64,000 nucleotides of DNA. It comes from Podarcis vaucheri. Its lineage: Eukaryota. The notes below the pieces were generated by a model, which saw only the letters and a program-made list of their open reading frames with translations, was not told the origin of the DNA and made no database searches. Both the position numbers and the translations under genes were made by a program. The stretch lies in the NCBI GenBank assembly GCA_965113315.1, contig OZ220364.1, one strand, 5' to 3'. Shown here in pieces: positions 26,161-36,135 of this stretch (its first letter is position 1; the number at the start of each line of letters is the position of its first letter).

Positions 26161-27906
26161 CTTCTCAAGCCAAGTTAAGAACTATTAGCTGATCCACTCT
26201 AACTCCTACAATGAATCCGTTGACGCTCAGTTTGCAAGCTATGTAATAAAAGAAAAAGTGACTGTGCTATTTTCCCCCTTCCCCTTCCCTAAATATTATC
26301 CTTTGTTTTCTGAAAGGATAAGAACAAGTTTTAGCAAAGCTAAATGAATAAACAATTTCCACTAATAGGAAAAGGAAGATGGCAATGCCTTTTTGAACTG
26401 AAACATCTTTTGTCTCCTATGCACCCATTCCTCCCTGCATCCATCCCACTCTGAAGTTCAGGCATTTTAGAAGAAACATCACCAGCCAATGCATCTATAG
26501 CATAACACAGCTAAGATGTAGCTGAGGTTAATTTAAAACCAATACGTTCACTGCAATAATAAAATGTGGGTGGCATAGCAGAGTTAGGCACCAAGAAGCT
26601 GGGACAGGTAGATCTGAAAACCTAAGGGCACATGGGGAACAAACAGGCAGGATTCAGGGGAAAATCCACTTTAGGGAAGGTCAGAGCAAGGCAAGGAAAA
26701 AGCAGCTGTAAATGCAGCCTTAAGATCCATTTATATCATCTCCCTGCTTGCTTTTACAGGAGGCTGCCAAAAAAATCAAGGGAACTCAAGCAGTCTCAGA
26801 TATCTTGCATTCTAAGGAAGGCTATCCCAACACTTCCTTCATTCAAGTAACTTTATTCCAGACAGTTCAAGCAAGTGAGCTAGGCTGCATACACCTCCTG
26901 CTCATCCCTCAATAAAACCCAATAAAGTTGCCAGCTAATAAGACATTGACAGGTGGAAGGAATCCTCATGAGCCTAAAATATGGTGATAGATGTATTGCT
27001 AGGATGCTGCGAGGCCAAAAGTTTTTTATGACACCCCACCCCACCCAGCTCTCTCCGACATTTTTCCATTTTAAAAAAATGTTGTATTTTCTTTCTTTTT
27101 TAAAAAAGAAAACAACAACTTTTCACTGACTGCTCCTAAGAAGTCTCCCACCAATAAAGTGATGCCAGAAGGGCTTTTGTACCACTTCTTTGGGGTTATC
27201 TGCCATGATACCTGATGTTTTTGTTTGTTTTTGTTTTTGGAACATCCAAGTCACGACTCCTTTTTTTAAAAAAAGTTTAAAACATGAACTTGAGAACCAG
27301 TTTTCACAACACCCATTTTTACACTTTCATCATAAGTCAGTGTGGCCCTCAGCCCAAAAAAGGGTTGCTACCCTGATCACCCCTGAGTGACTGTTCTGAA
27401 ACAGAGGTGAATGATATATTCAGCCACTGTTCCCAAAGCATCAACACCCTACAGGTGTCCACATGACTCCAGGCTACACTGTGCAAAAGGGTCAGAAGGC
27501 ACGAACGAACATGGCAGACCATCCAAAGGTGCTCTATAAGTAGCATAAAACCAGCAGGTGAATGAAACCACAGGGTATCTGAGAGGCTCCTCACCTTAAT
27601 AACATCTCCCTTAATTTGGTCAAACAGGCAATTTTTCTCAGATTATGCACTGATGAAAATAATGAATAAAATATGCTCTCCAAATTCAGTTCTGGAAACT
27701 ATTGGTTCCTTCCCTTGAAATGCCTTTTATCAGACCCTTAAAAAGATCCTTGTCCATCTTATAATAGTTGTATTAATCCCGTTATTTAAATTTCAATATG
27801 AATTCCTTAAGTGATATTTTTAATCAGCACATTCCTTCCAATATCTTAAGATCCTATCTTATGCGTTCACAGGAAATCAACAAAGTGTTAGTTCATTACC
27901 TATGAG

Positions 27907-28056
27907 CAGTGCTTTTTTTCTGGGGCGACGTAGGGGTACGCATACCCCTAAAGGTATAGTGAATCTAAGTTTGGCCTCAATGAGGGACAGTATTTCAATA
28001 TGAGTAGGAAAATGAGAGTACCCCTAAACATTTTTTTTTTAAGAAAAAAAGCACTG
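27907..28056. mobile_element. hAT MITE with 15-bp TIR and 8-bp TSD
   Basis: CAGTGCTTTTTTTCT...AGAAAAAAAGCACTG. TSD cctatgag / cctgtgag. Confidence 0.9.
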
Positions 28057-28619
28057 CCTGTGAGCAACACTGCTCTGAACTCTACAGCATATTTCTAATG
28101 CAGAGCAACACATGCCTTCATAATTTTTAGCCACACTTAATGGAGTTTTTTGGTTCTCAATTCCATTTTCCCCCCTTTGCCTCTCCGTTTTCAATAAAAT
28201 AGCATTGTTGAAAAGCAAATGAAAACATGCACTTGTGTCAAAGTTCTTTTGCGGAGATTTTCAAAAACAACAATACAGCTGGTCTGGACAGGTAACTCTA
28301 TAATACCACCTGCTGCTCCGTATAAATGAGGGATATTTCTTTTGGTAGTGGCAGCTGGTGCTGAAAATGAGTGGTGCGACTGCAGGTAACAATCTTCTCA
28401 TTTTCTCTTTATAGAATGATTACATTTCCCAGGAACACCGAGTGAAAGGAGAGGGAAGCCAGGCTGAACGAGGAAGGGAGTTGGGGGAAGAGTTAGTAGT
28501 CAGCAGCAGTTCTACATAGCTGATTGCAGACTCTGGGAGCTTGTGACCAGGACTGGTACGCAGGGGTGATTGTGAGGGAGTTTTGAGGTGGAGGCCCAGA
28601 GTGCTGTCCCAACAATGTA

Positions 28620-28975
28620 AAGGTAAAGGTAAAGGGACCCCTGACCGTTAGGGCCGGTCGTGGCCAACTCTGGGGTTGCGGCGCTCATCTCACTTTATTG
28701 GCCGAGGGAGCCGGCATACAGCTTCCGGGTCATGTGGCCAGCATGACTAAGCCGCTTCTGGCGAACCAGAGCAGCGCACAGAAATGCCGTTTACCTTCCC
28801 GCTGGAGCGGTACCTATTTATCTACTTGCACTTTGCTGTGCTTTCAAACTGCTAGGTTGGCAGGAGCAGGGACTGAGGAATGGGAGCTCACCCCGTTGCG
28901 GGGATTCGAACCACTGACCTTCTGATCAGCAAGTCCTAGGCTCTGTGGTTTAACACACAGTGCCACCCACGTCCC
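28620..28975 (-). mobile_element. Full-length Sauria SINE with TSD
   Basis: (aaaggt)n tail through tRNA-like head (gggattcgaacc, B box) ending gtccc. TSD aacaatgta at 28611-28619 and 28976-28984. Confidence 0.95.
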
Positions 28976-29000
28976 AACAATGTATGTAGGACCAACACAC

Positions 29001-29635
29001 ATGGACGGTGAAGGAGCTACTGCAGTGACCTGCAACACCTAGGCCAGGTTTGACTTCCTGCCTGAGAATGTGCAAAACTGCACCTGCAGCAAGTGCAAGC
29101 TGGTTGCGTTGCTGGAAGACAAGATACAGCAACTTGACGCCCTCCTATCCACACTTCAAGCTACAGGGCAAGATGAGGAACTTCTCAAAAGAGCAGAATA
29201 GACCCCAACGCAGGTGGGGTGCCCCTAAAGAGGAGGACGATTGCTCATTGCAGGAGATGAACACCTGATACACGGAAGCAGGACTGTCAGGAGCTATGCT
29301 CCTGTCACTGGAGCTGCAAATTGGATTCCATGCCCTCCCCTTGAACACTAATTCCAGGTCAGAGGAGCAATGACAGCAGTCACAGACCTCAGAATGCACC
29401 AAAGTGGCTGTGAAAGGAACAGGGTTCCAAATTATTCCTGCTGCTCCCCAGAGGAGGAAGAGACATGTGGTGGTGGTAGGTGCCTCCCTACGGGGTGGGA
29501 CAGAGGCAGCAGTGTGAGGAGGTAACAGGATGTCCCAGAAGGTGTGCTGTCTTCCAGGTGACACAGAAATTGCCAAGTCTTATAAAGCCCACTGACCACA
29601 GCCCCTTCCTTCTGATTCATGTAGGTACAAACAAC
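29001..29635 (+). mobile_element. Decayed CR1 ORF1 (Zn-finger/leucine zipper plus SGNH esterase)
   Basis: From ATG 29001: MDGEGATAVTCNT*ARFDFLPENVQNCTCSKCKLVALLEDKIQQLDALLSTLQ. Later RRKRHVVVVGASLRGGTE, VCCLPG and FLLIHVGTNN match the GDS, CLPG and HVGTND esterase blocks. Contains stops and frameshifts. Confidence 0.85.
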
Positions 29636-31770
29636 ACACAACATCATATCTCATGGAGTATCAGGCCCAGTCAATTTGGTCCTTATTATTTTATGGGAAC
29701 TTTGGCTGCTCAAGGTAGGGCTGTGTGATGCCTCCTTGTACCTTTCTATCACATCAAATAGGAAAATTCTCTAATATGTATAGGGCCTTTTGCTTCTGGG
29801 CCTCTTTGCTTAGTTTACCTTTGCTTTCCTAGGACACATTTTCTACACATTTTTGTGTGATTATAGAGCTTTATATTTGGACACAATAAATTTTAATCTG
29901 ACAGCAAGAGTATGTACATTCTTAGTAGCTGCCTCACAGCTGCAGAACTGCACTTTTTAAAGCATCTTTGGAGGTGTTGCTTATATATATATTATTAGAG
30001 TTGGCTATTGGTCACTGGAGTTAAATCACTCAAGGTGTGTGTGTTGCATTTATCAAATGTACCCATTTAATACTTGCTGGCTGTTACCCCAAAGAAACGC
30101 TTTTACATTCAAAGAACTGAATGTGGATAGAAGATATCCCCCCGCCCCCGCCCTCCTCAATTCCCTTTCCTCAACACACTCACCTGGTCTTTAATGTCAA
30201 GAAGCTTTTAGATACAAATTGTGATGGATCGCAGAACAACAACAAAAAGATCTACAGGGATTCAGTTTCATGCTTTTCTGATTTGGGAGCACTGATTTTA
30301 CCCCTGCATTACCCTCAAATTCCTCATAATGAGTTGGGTAACAAGTGTAAATAATTGAATCAAGATATTTAATAAAAAAACCTACTTAAGATGTGTAAAC
30401 TTCTCTTCTAGTCTAGCACACAAGTCACGCTTCAATCAAATTGGGCGACTTACATCATTTAAAATTCCCCTTCTGATCTTCACTTGCATATTGTCAAATT
30501 ACCACTGAACAATCTCATCCCATATAAGATTTTAAGAGCTGAAGTCCTCTAGCAGTGTACTAGAAAAGCGTGGAAAGACAATGGAAAGTACATCATTGTG
30601 AGGAAACAGTTACTAGGAGGATCTTTAGCTGAAAACCAGTGTCTGTCATTCTTACTTTATCAAAATCAAGTTTAAATACATTCCAATTGTTCCTAATTGC
30701 TACAACAGTCAAGGTCATGTGTAGAATCTGCAGCTGCAAAACTGATCATAATTCTATCAAATGGTAAGATGGGGGTGGGGAATCCTTGAACACAGCCATT
30801 AAAAGATAAATAAATGAATATTTAATTACCAGATGTGCCAAAAGATGTAATTGTGTTGATGTAGTTCATCACTAAAGGAAGTTCATTGGAGAATTTAGCT
30901 TTTTTTAAATAAAAAAATGATTTAAGTTCAACATAAAAATGGAGCTCTATCCCTAAACAGGAACTCTGAGTTACTCTATGCTTCCTATATGTTCTTTCAT
31001 TGTTGTGCTTGATTCTTAGCAGTGGAAAGGCCAAAATCTTGCTGCAATGATTTACATTCAAGAGCCATTCTCCAGGGTATAAACCTATGATGCAAATGCA
31101 GCTGGTGAAAGAATTAAATAATAATTTGTTTTATACAATTTCCCCAAAATAAATCACTAGCAGAATAAAATTTCCATTCCTCAACAGAATGCAACAAAAC
31201 AGATAATAATTACTAATTTTCTGAACTTTTCCATACCAAAAAATCTATCAATGGCAAGTTGCTCAAAATGTTCACCTAGAGTCTTTTGCCTTGTTTGCAC
31301 CAATCTGAAAGCATGTTTATGAGAAGCAAGGGAGAAGTAGCATGATCCCCCTGGCACATGTGTCCTGAAGTTAACGTGGAAATGGATCTATGTGCACACA
31401 GCCCGAAATATCCCCATAGGGCTGATCTGTACCATCTGTGTGATCTTTATGGCACACCCTCATTTTGAGCAATAATGATTACATGGATGAGGCCATCACA
31501 CACTCAACAGAGCAAGAGATGGAGGAGGCTCTTCCTTCAACCCATGCATAAACTGCGTATTTTAATGTCAGTGGAGATTAGTTCCCCATACTCATCCGAA
31601 AAGAGTCAATAATGGCAATGATCCCCCTTCAGTGTTCTACTGGTGCACCTTAAGCAGCTTTTCTATCGAACTGTTTCTTACCAGTTCCCTATTTTGACTT
31701 AATGTTAACTTCCACACTTCATTCCATTGTCACTTACAATGGGCCAGATTCAGCAATGACTTCTGCTAAC

Positions 31771-32490
31771 CAGTGGCATAGCGTGGGGGGTGCCAGGGGT
31801 GCCGGCCGCACCGGGCGCAACATTTTGGGGGGGCGCGTTTGGCCGCCCCCCCTCGAGGAAGCGGGAACCTCTCCCTTTGCAAGATGAAAGCCCATAGGGA
31901 AATCTCCGGGACAGCAGGGAAGCACAGAGCTTCTTCCCCACTGTCCTCGGACCTCCTCCGAAGGCTGGCGGTGGGGCGGAGAGACCTCCTCCCGCCACCA
32001 GGCTTCGGAAGGATGCTCCGAAGCCTGGTGGTGGGGCGGAGAGACCTCCTCCCACCGCCAGGCTTCGGAAGGAAGCTCCAAAGGCTGGCGGCGGGAGGAG
32101 GGCTCTCCGCCCCACCGCCAGCCTTCTGAAGGCTCCTCCGAAGCCTGGCGGTGGGGCGGATAGACCTCCTCCCGCCGCCAGCCTTCGGAAGGCTGCTCCG
32201 AAGCCTGGCGGTGGGGCGGAGAGACCTCTTCCCGCCACCAGCCTTCGGAAGGCTCCTCCGAAGCCTGGCGGTGGGGCGGAGAGACCTTCTCCCCGCACCA
32301 GCCTTCGGATGGCTGTCCTGAAGACTTGTGGTGGGAGCAGTGGCGTAGCGTGGGGGGTGCAGGGGGGCCTGCCGCACCTGGCGCAACATCTGGGGGGGCG
32401 CGGAAGAGACTTGAGTGCTAAAATCCACGGGTTAGGGGGCGCAAATTACTTGCCTTGCCCCGGGTGCTGAGAACCCACGCTACGCCACTG
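31771..32490. mobile_element. Composite non-autonomous hAT element with perfect 8-bp TSD
   Basis: 17-bp TIR CAGTGGC(A/G)TAGCGTGGG / CCCACGCTACGCCACTG. TSD ctgctaac at 31763-31770 and 32491-32498. A second left end starts at 32338. Confidence 0.93.
31952..32311. repeat. GC-rich 60-bp minisatellite, about 6 units, each a hairpin
   Basis: Unit ctccgaagcctggcggtggggcggagagacctcctcccgccgccagccttcggaagg recurs at 60-bp spacing. Confidence 0.95.
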
Positions 32491-32677
32491 CTGCTAACAC
32501 AATGTCTTCTGCTAGCATAACAGGGCTTTTCTCCCCTCTCCTCCCCCAATGTGCCCCCTGCGAACACACCCTGCAGTTGGGAGAACCCCCAGAATAGTAT
32601 GGTTTTTTATTCTTATTTATTACATTTGTATTTCGCCTATACCAGCAAGTCTCATGGTGGTTACAGTATAAAAACAC

Positions 32678-32703
32678 ATCATCATCATCATCATCATCAT
32701 CAA
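32678..32703. repeat. (CAT)n microsatellite
   Basis: Direct reading. Confidence 0.9.
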
Positions 32704-34599
32704 CCCAATAAACAGAGGGAGGAGATCATTCTATCAGACAAGCAAAAATGCTTGAGCTGACAGAGTGAGCTGCTTAGCATTACCTTGAATTCCTCCCATT
32801 GTGTTGTCTTATTATCTTAATTACAATCAGATAGACAGAGACACAGATAATAATACCCAAAACAAGAACAAAAATGACCCTGGCCCTTGGGTACGTATGA
32901 CATCATTCACTTGAAGAGGCAAGAGCGTTCCGGGGAAAAAATCAGTGAACAATACATGACAGTATCAAGGGCATACTCCAGTGGATTGGCATTTGTAATA
33001 TTCTTGTCCTCTTCTCATGGTTGCAGATAGTAGTGCATAACAAATTCTCTAATTTAAGTGGGCTGGGTGCCAGTTTAATTCTTTTTTTAAAAAAAACACA
33101 CCCTTGATTGTGCGTTAAATGAGAGGTCAGTGACACTGAACACTAGCAGGTGTAATAACAATGGCAGGCCCTTTGTAACAGAAATGCAAACAAGAATTGT
33201 CCGGAGGACATTCAGGACATTGCCTGGCCTCTTATGGCAGCAAATGATTGACAGTTATGACATCAAGTCAAGGGCAAGTGTCAGGATACTTACCAGTACT
33301 TCAAAAAGCTACATAATAAAAAGGGGCTAGAAACAGCGCCACAATGGAACCGATTATTCCGCTCATCCCACCAAATACAATGCGCTGAATGCAAAATGTC
33401 ATTTGCCAATAGTGAAAATAAATATGAAATTACATGTAAATAGGTTGTCCCAACTGAATTTCAACATCAGTTCTGCTCTTAAGCCAGAAGAAGTAACTCA
33501 CTGTTTTCCCTTTTAGAAACATGGCAGCTGTCATATAACACCAGAGACAAACTATATAGGGAAATAAGTCACTTTGCTGACAGACAGTATTTTGAGACAA
33601 CTAAGCCTCACTTATAACCCTGAACTTGGAAAGGGAATGCTCTTTTTTTTCACTGAAAGCTGCATACCGGATAAGCAAAGTTTGCTTTCTAGGTGCTAAG
33701 CAGATACTTGCTTTTCTCCAGTCAATGGCTTTTACAAGAGAATTTACTTATGTGTTAATCGCCTGCTGGGTGGTGGGAGAATCTCTCCTTTGATCAAAGG
33801 GAGAAATGCTGGTTTTACTTTACATCCTGTCTCTTTCTTTCTTTCTCTCTCTCTGTCTCTCAACTGGGCAATAGCTGGAGGGATACATTTCAGGACATTT
33901 CTTTTATTCCCAGTATTTTGTTACTTATTGCATACTACCACCCAAGGCATCAAGGCTAAAACCAAACACTCTTTGTGGTGCACCCACATGACAGACTTCA
34001 AAATGGAAACAATATTTAAGTTAAACCTGTAAGATCAGATTTTCCAAAATCTTGCAACATGGACAGCTTTTGAACACTTCAAAATAAGATCAAAGTTTGA
34101 CTGGCAAGCTGAAGTAGCAGTGCATAAAATTGGGTGGTTTGGGTTTTGTTTTGTTTTTTTAAGCCCATGAATCTCTAACCAAAAGGAGCACGCAGGTAAA
34201 AAATGATTCTGAAAAGCAATTATTTAGCTTCCCAGTAGTGAACTTTATTGAACATTTTAGCTCTTTAGCTAGTTGTCAGCTCTTTGCCACGATGCCTTAC
34301 ATCAATCACAGAACATTGGGGGGGGGGGCGGATTCTTTGCCTTTCAGCTCTTTTTAATATTTTCTTTTTTTAAAAAAAACCCTTGTATTTGATAACTTTT
34401 TCCTTTTTGAAAACTATAACTTTCCTACCCCTTGGCCCTGTAAATGGTGCTTCAAAGAGAACTGTCGCCCGGTGGATGGAGGCTTCCCTTATTATCTTAA
34501 TACAACTAGTGTCCTGCAAGGAATGTCAACACACTTGAAGCACTGGCTTACTCAAGGGGATATATAACATATTTCCTAACTGGGTACAGGTTCTACTAT

Positions 34600-35185
34600 G
34601 CCCTTGCAGCTGGTCCAGACACTGCAGCTGGTACAGGCTGCTGCAGGCAGGGTGCTGAGTGGTGCTTCTCATCATCTGTGCTAACGGATATGAACTGGCT
34701 GCTTGTTAAGCACCAAACCAGTGTTAAGATCCTTTTACTCACAATCAAAGTCCTATACAGCTCTGGACCAGGTTACCTGAAACACCATTCCTCCCTCCAC
34801 AAGGACAACTAAGACCAACTAATGGAACCCAGTTAGTTTTTCCATGGCCAGATTATTATCATGAATTGGTTACAAGGAACTGGGGCTTTCTTACCAGCGT
34901 TGTGGAATGCTCTCCCTGCTGAAAGATGGAGGGGGGCATCAGTCCTGGCATTCCACTAGTAATTGAAGACACACCTGTTTAGACAAGCATCTCCCTGACT
35001 TCAGACAACGATCAAAGCAGGACGGTCACCTTTTTAAACTGCTTTGCTGTTTTAATGGGCTTGTTTGTTATATATTTTAACTCTGGATGGTTCAATCTCT
35101 TGTGCATTTTGACTACAAGTAGCTATATTATCATAATATAGCTATATTTTCAGAATTCGTTTTATTCTTGTTATCTTGCTCTTGG
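34600..35185 (+). mobile_element. Decayed L2 LINE 3' part
   Basis: LQLVQAAAGRVLSG...NWLLVKHQTSVKILLLTIKVLYSSGPGYLKH...LWNALP...LKTHLFRQA, followed by an AT-rich 3' UTR. Confidence 0.8.
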
Positions 35186-35191
35186 CTGTTT

Positions 35192-35355
35192 ATAGAGTCA
35201 TAGAATTGCAGAGTTGGAAGTTGGAAGGGACACTGAAGACCATCAAGTCCAACCCCCTGGAATGCAGGAATATGCTGCTGTCCCATTCGGGGATTGAACC
35301 CTAACCCCGCAACCTTGGCGTTATCAGCACCACGCTCTAACCAACCAAGCTATCC
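35192..35355 (-). mobile_element. tRNA(Ile)-derived SINE with CR1-type tail (Squam3-like)
   Basis: Reverse complement reads GGATAGCTTGGTTGGTTAGAGCGTGGTGCTGATAACGCCAAGGTTGC...GGTTCAATCCCC...GGGGGTTGGACTTGATG...TTCCAACTCTGCAATTCTATGA. Confidence 0.8.
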
Positions 35356-36012
35356 ACTTGAACTGCCTTGATGTTTCTTCTTGCAATATAATACGGTATG
35401 GGAGTTCTTTTAACAATAATGATGACGACGAAAATGCTCTTTGCCAAGCAGGAAGGTAACTCTCCCACCACTACCATCAGCAGCACTGGAACATAGATGT
35501 TCTGGCAAAAGGTAGTGACAAGTGTCTCAGGTGGCTGGAGACCTATCAGTTCTATGGCCCTCTGTGATTAGTGGCAGAGTATTCCATGCAGGGCTTGACT
35601 GCTGACACTGAGAACATCTGAAAGGGAGGGTGCGCATTCTGTTAATCATAATGCATTGTTGTAGCAAGGAGAAGGGATAGAGTTGGAAAGAGCTGTTTGA
35701 CACATGGTTCTCGTGGAATGGCCAGCAGTGACCATCATGGGCATGTCAGTGGGGCAATTAGCCTGAACCGGATGCTTTGGATACAACCTCAGAGCTTTTT
35801 ACTTCCTCCCTACTGCCAAGCAAGGATCTCCAGTAGAAGGTAGGACTTCCTCCCACCCTTCCTTGCCACTCTGTGGTTGTAGCCAGGTAATGTGTTCAGC
35901 CCTCCATACATGAATTATCATGGTTGCCACCTAAACTTACTAAGAATCATCTGGAAAGAAGTAAGTAGAACCATTCATTTCTATATAAGCACAGACTTCT
36001 AACATACAAGTC

Positions 36013-36135
36013 CTTCCCACTATATATAAGGGTCTGGTGACTTCTGTTTCAGTGTATCTGAAAGCTTATACCCAGAACAAACTTAGTTGGTCTCTAAGGT
36101 GCTACTGGACAATCTTTTAATTTTTTTTTTATTTA
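36013..36135 (+). mobile_element. Penelope-like element terminal fragment with 9-bp direct repeats
   Basis: cccactatatataagggtctggtgacttctgtttcagtgtatctg...aacaaacttagttggtctctaaggtgctactgga matches my recall of a squamate PLE end. Flanked by atacaagtc at 36004-36012 and 36136-36144. Confidence 0.6.

Noticed and set aside
31952-32311. CRISPR-like palindromic array
   Set aside because: The cores are near-identical, there are no cas genes, and the context is a vertebrate intron.
31734-32428. Longest ORFs in the track (115-220 aa, several frames)
   Set aside because: They are by-products of a stop-poor, GC-rich 60-bp minisatellite inside a hAT element, open in several frames at once.
32551-32760. 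Second poly-His ORF
   Set aside because: Pure (CAT)n microsatellite with no ERC2 similarity, and on the wrong strand.
35280-35355. tRNA-Ile gene
   Set aside because: Degenerate, with an insertion in the T-arm region, and fused to a CR1-type tail, so it is a SINE head.
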